A DNA stretch of 54,210 bases, taken from an uncultured Eubacteriales bacterium. Its GTDB lineage: Bacteria > Bacillota_I > Bacilli_A > RFN20 > JAISJY01. Made by a program: the position numbers and the translations under genes. Shown in pieces: positions 29,625-38,564 of this stretch; position 1 is the stretch's first letter; the number at the start of each line of letters is the position of its first letter. The stretch is taken from positions 1-54,210 of the forward strand of contig CAZYEI010000004.1 of assembly GCA_964646425.1 (NCBI GenBank), given 5' to 3'. Below the pieces are notes generated by a model that saw only the letters and a list, made by a program, of their open reading frames with translations, made no database searches and was not told the DNA's origin.

Positions 29625-30743
29625 TTAAGCGGCTATTTGTTTTAAGTTTAATTCTTTATCAACAAATATTGAATTATCTATAAAATTATCACTTAGGATA
29701 TAATAAGGGCTTTCTTCTGATAATTTACATATTTTGTATTTTTCAAATTCGACAACAGCAAAATCATAATCTTTTAGTCCACGTGAATATATAATTTTAT
29801 CATTACTTTTAGTTATATACTTAATTATATAATCTAGTTCTCTGCTAAATGTTTCACTCGATTTATTGTTGATTTTTTCAAAATCATTTCTGCCAAATTT
29901 ATTTTCAAAATAACTATTAATATATATTTTATCTATCGTTTTTGTTTCTTTGTTGAATCTTTTTTCATCTCTAAAAATTCCTATTTCTTTATTAGTTGGA
30001 ATATTTATAAAACAATGAAAATGTAATCTTTCATTTTTAGTTCCTTTTTCCCAAACTCCCATATAATTCCAATTATTTCTAGTATGCAAATCTTGCAATT
30101 TTTTTGTTAATTTCTTTTTGAAGAGTTCTTCTATTTTTTCTTTATTTTCTTCTATATATTTTAATCCTTTTTCCCATTTTCTATCACAATTTCCATCATC
30201 TATTTTCCATTTTTCCTTAGTTGAAAGTTCATACATTATCACATTATCATAAGTAAATGTAACAAAGTAATTCCAATCGTTTGAATATGCTTTGTTTTTA
30301 AAACGTCTTCTTCTTGCTACTACATTCTCTTTTATTGCATTTAAACGATATTTAATGTAATTCTCGAGATTTTCTTTAATCGCAGGAATATTTGATATCT
30401 TTTCCATCAATTCAACATCATTAATCAATGTATCATTAATTATTTTTACTATATCTTCTTTTTTTAGTTCTTCATTTTCACTTAAATTCAAATAAATTAA
30501 TAATATTTCATTATTCAATTTTTCAATTATTTCTCTTTTACTTTTTCCTTTTCTTCCATCACCAAATTTTTCTTTTGCCCATAAATTATAAAAATATTCT
30601 TTTTTATTTAATCCATCTAAACGTTCATCGTTATTATTCATTTGTATTATTTCATTTGCAAAATAATATTTATTTTTGTTTATATAAGGGCTTGCCAAAT
30701 AGCAGTTTCCATCATATTTTATCTTGCATAATTCAAATGCCAC
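29625..30743 (-). CDS. Rolling-circle replication initiator (HUH endonuclease)
   Basis: Motif I YFVTFTY, motif II RLHFHCF, motif III YIIKYITK in Rep order; GTG 30743 follows GGAGG. Confidence 0.85.
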   Translation of the reverse strand: MAFELCKIKYDGNCYLASPYINKNKYYFANEIIQMNNNDERLDGLNKKEYFYNLWAKEKFGDGRKGKSKREIIEKLNNEILLIYLNLSENEELKKEDIVKIINDTLINDVELMEKISNIPAIKENLENYIKYRLNAIKENVVARRRRFKNKAYSNDWNYFVTFTYDNVIMYELSTKEKWKIDDGNCDRKWEKGLKYIEENKEKIEELFKKKLTKKLQDLHTRNNWNYMGVWEKGTKNERLHFHCFINIPTNKEIGIFRDEKRFNKETKTIDKIYINSYFENKFGRNDFEKINNKSSETFSRELDYIIKYITKSNDKIIYSRGLKDYDFAVVEFEKYKICKLSEESPYYILSDNFIDNSIFVDKELNLKQIAA

Positions 30744-30766
30744 TTTTGTTTTACCTCCACATTTTT

Positions 30767-30784
30767 TTGACAATTAATTGTCAA
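30767..30784. repeat. Palindrome TTGACA-N6-TGTCAA, copy 3 (just upstream of the rep RBS)
   Basis: TTGACA-ATTAAT-TGTCAA. Confidence 0.9.
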
Positions 30785-31225
30785 TTAATAACTATATCTT
30801 TTTATTGAATATTCTCTATTTTCTGCTTTTTCTCTTTCATATTTTTCTAATCTACGTTTATTTTCTTCTAGCACATTTAAAAATAATATACATTCATTTA
30901 TTAAAGTTTTATAATCTTCGAAAGTTTCTATTTGTGTAACTCTTTTATTATAAGCGTAAATTGTAAATTCATATTCTATTAAATTATGAGTTGCTTTTAG
31001 TTTTCTTTGAGTAATTAATTTTAAAGCATATTCAATTAATTTAAAACTCGGTTCTTCTAAATATTCCACAATGTAAAAATAAAGTATATTAATAAAAATA
31101 TCGCTATTATATTGTTTTGTAACTATACTATCACTCTTGGTTATTTTTATTGTCATATCAAAATTTTTAAAAAATAGTGAATGATAATTATACATATTAT
31201 ATGCAAATTTATTTTCTAATCCCAT
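30785..31225 (-). CDS. Hypothetical proviral protein
   Basis: 146-aa ORF tightly packed between the ATPase gene and rep. Confidence 0.65.
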   Translation of the reverse strand: MGLENKFAYNMYNYHSLFFKNFDMTIKITKSDSIVTKQYNSDIFINILYFYIVEYLEEPSFKLIEYALKLITQRKLKATHNLIEYEFTIYAYNKRVTQIETFEDYKTLINECILFLNVLEENKRRLEKYEREKAENREYSIKRYSY

Positions 31226-31227
31226 TT

Positions 31228-33390
31228 TTATTCTTCCTTTCCAATTAATAAATCAATAAAATATGAATGTTGCATTTTTAATTCATCAATAGTTGCTTTA
31301 TTACTTGTATATGTTTCTCTATCCTTAAATCCTACCTTTGCTTTTAAATATTTATTTTCTCTAGCGTTAGAATAGCAGTCAGTAGAATATCTATCACAAT
31401 AAGCTTTTTTCTTCATAATAAAATATTTATCTTCACGTACAACTTTTGAAGTGTCGCTTGAATATTTTTTCTCGATTTCTCTAGTATAATAATCAAAGGT
31501 ATTTTCATATTTTTCTAAATATCTATTACAACAGCTTGCTATTGTTCCAAGTGTTAACATTATTAATGTTTTATCGCAACGATTATTTCTGTATTTCAAA
31601 TAAAAGTTTCTATATCGCGCAATTATAAATTCACAAAGTATTGGCTCAATCCACCATAAAGGCATAGCAGATTTCCATTCTTTTTCTGAACTTTTTAAAT
31701 TTAAAACATATTCATTTACTTCTCGTGAACCACTATCAACATCATTAGAACGTTGCATTGTTGAAAAACGAGCAAAAAAGCACCTATGGCGTATTGTACA
31801 AAAGTGTCTAACCATTTTTAAAAAATCATTATAACCATCATTTAATTGATTGGCAGTTTCACTATTATAATCTAAATGTCTTGTAGTCAATTGATTTCTG
31901 CGTTCTTTATCATTTTCATCTTCAACTACAACGCAACCATCTATTATATTTGCGTTTGGATTATCTTTTATAATTTTCTTGCCTAATCTAAAAGCGTCAT
32001 AATCAATTATCTTGGCATACATTGATGAATCATTAATATCACGATAATCACGTTTAAAGTAGTCATAACCATATAAAGGAAATTTTCCATCGTATTCATC
32101 AATATCGTGTCTTATGGCATAATTAGACATCGACAAAGCACCACTCAAAGCGTAAACAAAATATGCTCTTGCATAGTCACTTAAGGCATCAAAAATATAC
32201 TCATTTTTCAACTCATCATAATGATACATTTTTAAGTGTTTATAATCATAACCAAATATTTTTTCAATGCTTGGATTCTTCAAAAATCGTTTCTTTTTAT
32301 TTCTCATCCAATATTTTATTTGAACCTGATTTTTTATATTTCCAAATTCTACTGCAGTTATTAATTCAGTTTCTAAAGCATAATAATCAAAGTTTGGAAA
32401 GCGTAAATATATTTCAAACAATATATCAAGTGCTTGAGAACGGAGCATTTCTTCCTTTGAAATAGTCATATCAGTTGCAGTTAATGTTTTATCGCTTCCT
32501 GGTGTTCCATCAATTAATGTAGTTACTCCTAACGAACTTATAAAGCCTTTATTATATTTTTCTAAATACATTAATTTCTTATAACCGATTTTTCTTCTTA
32601 TCAAGCACAACAAGAAATAATTTATTACTATAAAACCAAAGGTTGATATATGTTTTAATATTGGGAATAAATCACAGATTAACATTATAACTTCTTTATA
32701 AATTGTTACTATTTTAAAACTAGCAACAAAGTAAAAATAAAAGCCGATAAAGTCTAATACAATATTAACTCCACGACACAATACAATTACTTCTACAACC
32801 AAGATTATTAAATAATATCTATTTTCTTTGATAAAATTAGTAAATTTATTTATTATCTTTTTAAACGGATACATAATTTTATCATTAATTATAATCGCTA
32901 TTTTATAAGGTTTTGTTTCATCAAAATTTGTTTTTTTATTTTCATGCAAAAATTTATATTTTAATAATTTATAAAATGGTACAGCTAATAAAGCAATCAT
33001 TATAATTCTTAACCAAAAAATTATATCTATTAATAATTTTTCTATATAATCCAACCATATATCACCATTTATTGGCATAGCAAAATATGAAGTAATTTGT
33101 TCAACAAACAATTCATAATTTTTAGGCACAATTTCTAATGTTTTTCCAACTTCATATAAATTTTCAAATAAGAAATCATATGATTGAATGCTATCAGATG
33201 TTTCTTTATCAAATATTGTTAAGAAATAATATCGCACATTATCTGCAAAGCATTTCATTGAAATTATAATTCTATCTATAAGAGCATTACTATTGATTAA
33301 GATTAAGACAAAAGGAATTATTAATGTTATTATACATATTATATGAAAAGTCTTAAAATGAACGTTTTTTAACCTTTTTATCAGTTTCAT
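31228..33390 (-). CDS. Zot/pI-like morphogenesis ATPase with multi-TM N-terminus
   Basis: Walker A variant LIDGTPGSDKT, Walker B VVVEDE, MVRH, STMQR...D...RE; about 4-5 hydrophobic segments in the first 265 aa. Confidence 0.7.
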   Translation of the reverse strand: MKLIKRLKNVHFKTFHIICIITLIIPFVLILINSNALIDRIIISMKCFADNVRYYFLTIFDKETSDSIQSYDFLFENLYEVGKTLEIVPKNYELFVEQITSYFAMPINGDIWLDYIEKLLIDIIFWLRIIMIALLAVPFYKLLKYKFLHENKKTNFDETKPYKIAIIINDKIMYPFKKIINKFTNFIKENRYYLIILVVEVIVLCRGVNIVLDFIGFYFYFVASFKIVTIYKEVIMLICDLFPILKHISTFGFIVINYFLLCLIRRKIGYKKLMYLEKYNKGFISSLGVTTLIDGTPGSDKTLTATDMTISKEEMLRSQALDILFEIYLRFPNFDYYALETELITAVEFGNIKNQVQIKYWMRNKKKRFLKNPSIEKIFGYDYKHLKMYHYDELKNEYIFDALSDYARAYFVYALSGALSMSNYAIRHDIDEYDGKFPLYGYDYFKRDYRDINDSSMYAKIIDYDAFRLGKKIIKDNPNANIIDGCVVVEDENDKERRNQLTTRHLDYNSETANQLNDGYNDFLKMVRHFCTIRHRCFFARFSTMQRSNDVDSGSREVNEYVLNLKSSEKEWKSAMPLWWIEPILCEFIIARYRNFYLKYRNNRCDKTLIMLTLGTIASCCNRYLEKYENTFDYYTREIEKKYSSDTSKVVREDKYFIMKKKAYCDRYSTDCYSNARENKYLKAKVGFKDRETYTSNKATIDELKMQHSYFIDLLIGKEE

Positions 33391-33667
33391 TTTTCTTTCT
33401 TAATTCATCTTCAATCGGATTGAAAACTATTTCAAAATTTGCATATTCTGATTCATCTACTTTCTTTTCATTAAACATATATTCAATTAATAATACCTTT
33501 ACAACCAAGAAATCACTCATAAACACTCCTGATGTATCTACTTTTTCTAATAGTAAATAATCACCATATTTTGCTTTTAATTTCTTTACTTTAATAAAAT
33601 TTTTATAACCATTTACAATATTTTCAAAATCTTTTTCTTTTACTGCAATTTTATATATCATTACCAA
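33353..33667 (-). CDS. ASCH/DUF3850-like small protein
   Basis: KDFENIVNGYKNF...YGDYLLLE resembles the F..I..G.K......GD.L.L ASCH pattern. Confidence 0.5.
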   Translation of the reverse strand: MVMIYKIAVKEKDFENIVNGYKNFIKVKKLKAKYGDYLLLEKVDTSGVFMSDFLVVKVLLIEYMFNEKKVDESEYANFEIVFNPIEDELRKKNETDKKVKKRSF

Positions 33668-34054
33668 TTACACCTCGATTTCTACTTTATAAAATATTTC
33701 ATTGAAATATCTACAATACAATGAATTATCGTTATATACTATTAAACTAAATTCGTTTATTTCTTCATTATTTGTTGCACACATTATAACGCCATTATCG
33801 ATTTCAAAAGTAAACGTTATTAGCATATTTTCTTTATTATCATTTATTTGGATTCTTCCATTATTTTCTTTTAGTGTTAAATACATTGTTTCATTTTTAT
33901 TTATATAATAATTATTTATTATTTCTTCGATAGCTACTTTTTTTCCTTTATTCATACTTGAACAATTATTAATTGATACTAATACAAACAACGCAATGAT
34001 GGTAATTAATAATATTTTTAATATTTTCTTTATAATTGTTTTAATCTTTTTCAT
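33668..34054 (-). CDS. Membrane-anchored or lipoprotein-like proviral protein
   Basis: Basic N-terminus, hydrophobic stretch, then NNCSS. Confidence 0.65.
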   Translation of the reverse strand: MKKIKTIIKKILKILLITIIALFVLVSINNCSSMNKGKKVAIEEIINNYYINKNETMYLTLKENNGRIQINDNKENMLITFTFEIDNGVIMCATNNEEINEFSLIVYNDNSLYCRYFNEIFYKVEIEV

Positions 34055-34056
34055 TT

Positions 34057-34272
34057 TTAATAATAATCAAATATCCATTCTTCATTTATTTTATTAACAA
34101 CATTCATTGCTTGTTTTAATGATGGTGCGAAATATTCTACAATATCATATATTAGTCCATTATCACTTATACTTATTCTATTTACTACCATATAATAATT
34201 TTTATCTTCAATTACTGCGATTGACTTTTCTTTATCTAAATAAACTACATTTCTTTTTCTTTCATCAGTCAT
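34057..34272 (-). CDS. Hypothetical proviral protein (71 aa)
   Basis: RBS GAAAGGA; tight packing with neighbours. Confidence 0.6.
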   Translation of the reverse strand: MTDERKRNVVYLDKEKSIAVIEDKNYYMVVNRISISDNGLIYDIVEYFAPSLKQAMNVVNKINEEWIFDYY

Positions 34273-34273
34273 T

Positions 34274-34369
34274 TCATTTGTTCCTTTCTATTTCTTTTAT
34301 ATGTTTCCAAAATCTATAGTTAAAATAAAGTATTATAAAAAGCGATATCAAATATAATATAATTATCAT
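34274..34369 (-). CDS. 31-aa single-TM protein (absent from ORF track)
   Basis: AAAGGAG RBS then MIIILYLISLFIILYFNYRFWKHIKEIERNK*; stop is 1 nt before the next ATG. Confidence 0.7.
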   Translation of the reverse strand: MIIILYLISLFIILYFNYRFWKHIKEIERNK

Positions 34370-34391
34370 TCTTTATCACTCCTTTTTAATT

Positions 34392-34409
34392 TTGACATTT
34401 ACTTGTCAA
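34392..34409. repeat. Palindrome TTGACA-N6-TGTCAA, copy 4
   Basis: TTGACA-TTTACT-TGTCAA between divergent genes. Confidence 0.9.
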
Positions 34410-34419
34410 AAATATTTTA

Positions 34420-34448
34420 TTGACTTATTGTTTCTTTGCTTTTATAAT
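34420..34448 (+). promoter_or_regulatory. Near-consensus sigma-A promoter of the antisense 81-aa gene
   Basis: TTGACT(34420)-17 bp-TATAAT(34443). Confidence 0.75.
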
Positions 34449-34479
34449 TTTCTTATATTCAAAAAGTGAGGTATTCTTT

Positions 34480-34725
34480 ATGCTTAATTTATTTTGTAAT
34501 GTTTTATTTTTCCTTACTAATAATAATTATAGTGCTGGAGATGTTATAGAAAGCGATACAGGAAATTGGAACTCAATGGCAAATTTTCCTAAAGAAGAAT
34601 CAACTCCATCTTATATTTGGTGGTTTCTTATTGTTTTTATATTAATTATTACAATATTAGTTTTAATAATTGAATTAAAAGATACCAAAAAAGAACTTAG
34701 AGAGTTAAAAGAGAAATCTCAATAA
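34480..34725 (+). CDS. 81-aa single-TM protein partly paralogous to the C-terminus of the 800-aa protein
   Basis: ATG 34480 follows GAGGT; YSAGDVIESDTGNWNSMANFPKE, then TM, then charged tail. Confidence 0.75.
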   Translation: MLNLFCNVLFFLTNNNYSAGDVIESDTGNWNSMANFPKEESTPSYIWWFLIVFILIITILVLIIELKDTKKELRELKEKSQ

Positions 34726-34736
34726 CTCTCTTTTTT

Positions 34737-37136
34737 TTATTCTTTCTTCTTAAATATTTTTTTAAATATTGCAATAATCCATTTAATAATAGGATTTATA
34801 ATAAATACATAAATTGTAATTATTCCTAATATACCTAAGATTAAAGTTAATGCTTGACCAAGTGTTGATAGCTTCTTACCTAGTTTTGAGAAAAAATCTT
34901 CTACTTTATTAAATAAGGATTCAAAATCACTTTTTGATTCTTCAGGCATATTTGCTAAAGATTCCCATTCACCAGTATCAGAATTAATTACTTCATTACT
35001 TGAATAAATTCCATCGCCATTTAAGTCTTGAGCAGGGAATGAATAACCTTGTTCATCGGTAAACACACCATATTCAAGTTTTAAATTACCATCACCATCA
35101 TAAACATTAGCATTTCCATATTCATCATAAATAACGTGCAGTCCTTGAGAATTTCCTACTAATTTTATTGTTTCATATTCTGCTGTTTCATAGTATATTT
35201 CTATTGGTGAAAATGCATTTACAAAATAACTAGAATCATTTTTCTTGTTAGTAGTATATATATTGTTGATACTAAAGACAAAATCATATAATTTCTCTTT
35301 AGGTTCACTCAGCAAAGCTAAACGAGATAGTGACATAGTTTCATCTATTTCATATTCGCTTTGATAAGATACTCCATTATCAAAAATATCAAGATTCATA
35401 TCTAAAGTTTTATATGTAATTGTATCTTTATATTTATCTTCAAGATAAAAACCATTTAATTCATTAGGATTACTATCTTTAAATCCTTTTTGATATTTAA
35501 AAGATATTTTTTTAACATTTGGTATTCTTAAAGTTCGTTCTTCATCAAAATAAAATGTAAAACTGATATTTTGACTAATAGTTCTATATCTATGTCCTAA
35601 TAATTCAGCAATATCATTATTAATATCACGTAGATATTTAATATCTTGGATCCAAGCACTGCCTGATGTATTCACCGAATTCCATACTTGAATATTTTCT
35701 TTCATATCGCCACTGTAATAAAACACATTCATAGTTTTATCAACTGAACAAGTATATTTTTGATAATTCACCATTGAATAATCTTGAATAAAGTTATATT
35801 TTGATAAATCACCCATTCCTGTTACATATGGATAAAAGTTTATTTGTTTTATTTTAAATGAATAATCATTAAAATTATCTGGTAATTCAAAATCTTCAAA
35901 ATAAACATATTTAACAAGTCCATCGACATATCCGACATTATTATCAATATCTACTTCATATGTTCCTCTTAATTGTACTAAAATAAGCGTATCACCACTT
36001 TTTAACGTTGAATTAGTAACTGAGCAAGTATATTCAGGATATTCACTTAAATATGAACTGCACAAGTTATATGGCGTTTTACTATTGTATATTTTCTTTG
36101 AATAAGTTATTTCAAATGTTACTGAATGAAATTTTGAAGTTGACAATCTAGCAACAATTTTTTCATCCTCTAAATAAATATTAGAATAACTTGTTTGATT
36201 TACTACAAAATATTTATCTTTTAAATTTACTGATTTAATATCAAAGGAATAATCATAGAATTTATTTGACATTTCAGTGTCAAAAGCAAAATACATTTTT
36301 TCATATGATAAATTTTCAATTGTTACAGAGTTTGATTCAAGGCTAGCTAATTGAAAATCATAAAAATATGTATAACTTATTTCTTTAAAATAATCTACTC
36401 GTGGGATTGTTACTTTAGCAATATAATTACAAACTCCACTTGAATTATCACTATAATTTTTAGCAATATCTAATACTGCATTATTAGTGTATAATTGGAA
36501 TCCGTTATCTTTACCATTAAATCTTATTCCTAAATATTCATTATCATCAATTATTAATAGTGGAATTTCAAATGATGAATTAAACATATCATTAAACGCC
36601 AATAGATAATCATATGCTGTTTCATTATGTTCTACATAAAAAGATATTGTTTTTATATCAGTATCAAAATAGATGTTTTTAGTTATTGTACGATTAAATA
36701 TCATTAATCCATAGTCGCCATTATCATTGTTATGTTTTAAGATATTATAATCATAATTATCTAATGTTATTATGTTATCGCTTAATGCATAATTTAAAAT
36801 TGAATTATCACCTAATAAATCAACTTCTTCACATTCTTCATATTCATAATAAGGTTTTGTAGCACCATAGCGATAGTTTTCTAAATAATGATTTAAACGA
36901 GTTGTATTATCTTCTTCATAAATATCAGCCATTTCTAAAGTCGAATTAGAAAGTGTTGGATAATCAAAGATTTTTCCATCATAATACTTAATACCATTTT
37001 CAATAGCTATATTAGAATTAGAAGTAGTTGAAATTGAGGTTGTAATATCTTCTGCATTTACTTGAATTAAAGAAGCTAATAAATTAAGTAATAACAGGGT
37101 AAACGAAGATAATAATAAAGCTAGTTTTTTTATCAT
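34737..37136 (-). CDS. Large surface/adsorption (pIII- or spike-like) protein
   Basis: Signal peptide ending QVNA, acidic Y/N/D-rich ectodomain, C-terminal TM and basic tail; ATG 37136 follows GGGG. Confidence 0.7.
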   Translation of the reverse strand: MIKKLALLLSSFTLLLLNLLASLIQVNAEDITTSISTTSNSNIAIENGIKYYDGKIFDYPTLSNSTLEMADIYEEDNTTRLNHYLENYRYGATKPYYEYEECEEVDLLGDNSILNYALSDNIITLDNYDYNILKHNNDNGDYGLMIFNRTITKNIYFDTDIKTISFYVEHNETAYDYLLAFNDMFNSSFEIPLLIIDDNEYLGIRFNGKDNGFQLYTNNAVLDIAKNYSDNSSGVCNYIAKVTIPRVDYFKEISYTYFYDFQLASLESNSVTIENLSYEKMYFAFDTEMSNKFYDYSFDIKSVNLKDKYFVVNQTSYSNIYLEDEKIVARLSTSKFHSVTFEITYSKKIYNSKTPYNLCSSYLSEYPEYTCSVTNSTLKSGDTLILVQLRGTYEVDIDNNVGYVDGLVKYVYFEDFELPDNFNDYSFKIKQINFYPYVTGMGDLSKYNFIQDYSMVNYQKYTCSVDKTMNVFYYSGDMKENIQVWNSVNTSGSAWIQDIKYLRDINNDIAELLGHRYRTISQNISFTFYFDEERTLRIPNVKKISFKYQKGFKDSNPNELNGFYLEDKYKDTITYKTLDMNLDIFDNGVSYQSEYEIDETMSLSRLALLSEPKEKLYDFVFSINNIYTTNKKNDSSYFVNAFSPIEIYYETAEYETIKLVGNSQGLHVIYDEYGNANVYDGDGNLKLEYGVFTDEQGYSFPAQDLNGDGIYSSNEVINSDTGEWESLANMPEESKSDFESLFNKVEDFFSKLGKKLSTLGQALTLILGILGIITIYVFIINPIIKWIIAIFKKIFKKKE
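36266..36283. repeat. Palindrome TTGACA-N6-TGTCAA, copy 5 (inside the 800-aa CDS)
   Basis: TTGACA-TTTCAG-TGTCAA. Confidence 0.9.
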
Positions 37137-37141
37137 ATTAA

Positions 37142-37366
37142 CTACCCCCAAATAATAGAACTCCATTCATATTCATCTAATTCACTTGGTTGTTGATATT
37201 CTTCTTCAATTTTCCATTTATCAATTGTAATAGCATTATCAGTAGAAGATTCAATAATTGAAATATCTTTTATATTTATTTTTGGCTGTGATTCTTTTGC
37301 CGATTGAGCAGTTAAAGGTAATATAGCAATAGCAGTTAGTGTTCCTAATAATATTCCTATTTTCAT
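37142..37366 (-). CDS. 74-aa protein with N-terminal signal or anchor
   Basis: MKIGILLGTLTAIAILPLTAQSA; purine-rich RBS AAGGAAAGGAAAG. Confidence 0.7.
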   Translation of the reverse strand: MKIGILLGTLTAIAILPLTAQSAKESQPKINIKDISIIESSTDNAITIDKWKIEEEYQQPSELDEYEWSSIIWG

Positions 37367-37449
37367 ATTTTTCTTTCCTTTCCTTGTATTTTAGAAAAGT
37401 CTAAATTAAGTATTTTATACCTAACTTAGACTTATTTTTTTAATTGTTA

Positions 37450-38118
37450 CTATCTATAGAAAATTTCAATAGTATCAACTAATTCACCTGCTAATTCATC
37501 ATTAACTAACGAAATTTCAACAGCATCAAAATCATAGTTTTTAGTAATTGATGTTCCTGATGTTCCGTCTGCTGATTCTACTTTACATGAAAAGAAGTTA
37601 TAATCAGTTTCAAAATTAAATTGTTCGCTAGCAGTTCCAAATTTAGAAGTTAATAATGTATTAACTAAACTAGTAAAGTTATCGTTAACTATAGGTTGAT
37701 AAATTTTATTAATCATCATTGATTCATCATTAAACATTACAGAAATATTTTTATTTTCTCTTATGCTATCGATGATAAAGACTTTTCTTATTGCAGAAGC
37801 ATCTTCTTCAGATGTTACATAAGTAAATTTTCCATCTTTATTTACACAAGATTGAGTTTTTTCAGAAAAGTTCTCATAATCTTGAACAACAACAAAATAT
37901 TCATCGACTTCTGCTACGTAATAAACCTTGTTTGATTGATAGTATGATAATTTTTCAAATTCGATATCATTTAAATCGATTGAAATAGTTTTCATAGGCT
38001 TAATACCTTTATCATTTACTGCATTATTGATTGCAATTGATACAGGCAAAATAGCAACACCTAGTAAAAATGTTAAACCTGTAAGTAATACTTTTTTTAA
38101 ATTCATTTTTTTATTCAT
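37450..38118 (-). CDS. N-terminally anchored or secreted proviral protein (222 aa)
   Basis: KKVLLTGLTFLLGVAILPVSIA leader; start may be 38106. Confidence 0.7.
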   Translation of the reverse strand: MNKKMNLKKVLLTGLTFLLGVAILPVSIAINNAVNDKGIKPMKTISIDLNDIEFEKLSYYQSNKVYYVAEVDEYFVVVQDYENFSEKTQSCVNKDGKFTYVTSEEDASAIRKVFIIDSIRENKNISVMFNDESMMINKIYQPIVNDNFTSLVNTLLTSKFGTASEQFNFETDYNFFSCKVESADGTSGTSITKNYDFDAVEISLVNDELAGELVDTIEIFYR

Positions 38119-38173
38119 TCCTTTCTTTTTTAATTTTCATTTTTTTATTACATTAACTTTATTTAATAATTAA

Positions 38174-38422
38174 TTATTTTTTCTTTGCTTTTCTTCGATT
38201 TGCGAAATATTCTTTTCTACGTTGTGCTGATTTTGAAACCACACCATTTTTAGCACACCACGCTTCACTATTATGACGTCTTGCGTCTAAATAACCTTGT
38301 CTATATTTTTTATCAGTTTGTGTTAATTTTTTATTTGTTTCTACTACTTTTCCTTGTTTTAATTGATGTGCATAACGACTTGCTCTTTGACTAGGGTTTA
38401 GAGGTTTAAAGTATCTTGCCAT
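38174..38422 (-). CDS. 82-aa highly basic protein; candidate nucleic-acid-binding
   Basis: MARYFKPL...QRRKEYFANRRKAKKK; RBS GAAAGGA supports ATG 38422. Confidence 0.7.
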   Translation of the reverse strand: MARYFKPLNPSQRASRYAHQLKQGKVVETNKKLTQTDKKYRQGYLDARRHNSEAWCAKNGVVSKSAQRRKEYFANRRKAKKK

Positions 38423-38564
38423 ATCATTCATTCCTTTCTTATTTTCTTTTTTTAACGATGTTAATGTAATAAAACAAAAAGCCAATGAGAACTCGCCCAT
38501 TGACTTTTTTCTATATATATCAAATAATTGATGGACGTTTTCAATTATTTAATAACTTGTTAAT

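Noticed and set aside
29625-33390. Element as a conjugative ICE/IME (relaxase plus coupling protein)
   Set aside because: HUH precedes the YxxKY tyrosines (Rep order, not MOB order); only one ATPase and no recognisable T4SS or cell-wall hydrolase genes
34528-35006. Invertible segment (shufflon) swapping C-termini of the surface protein
   Set aside because: The inverted similarity is at protein level with diverged codons; no identical crossover repeats and no invertase
28008-36283. Palindrome spacings (905, 1854, 3625, 1874 bp) look like multiples of about 0.9 kb; half-site resembles the Spo0A box TGTCGAA
   Set aside because: Too few intervals and no intermediate copies found; half-sites consistently lack the CG of the 0A box and are inverted, not tandem
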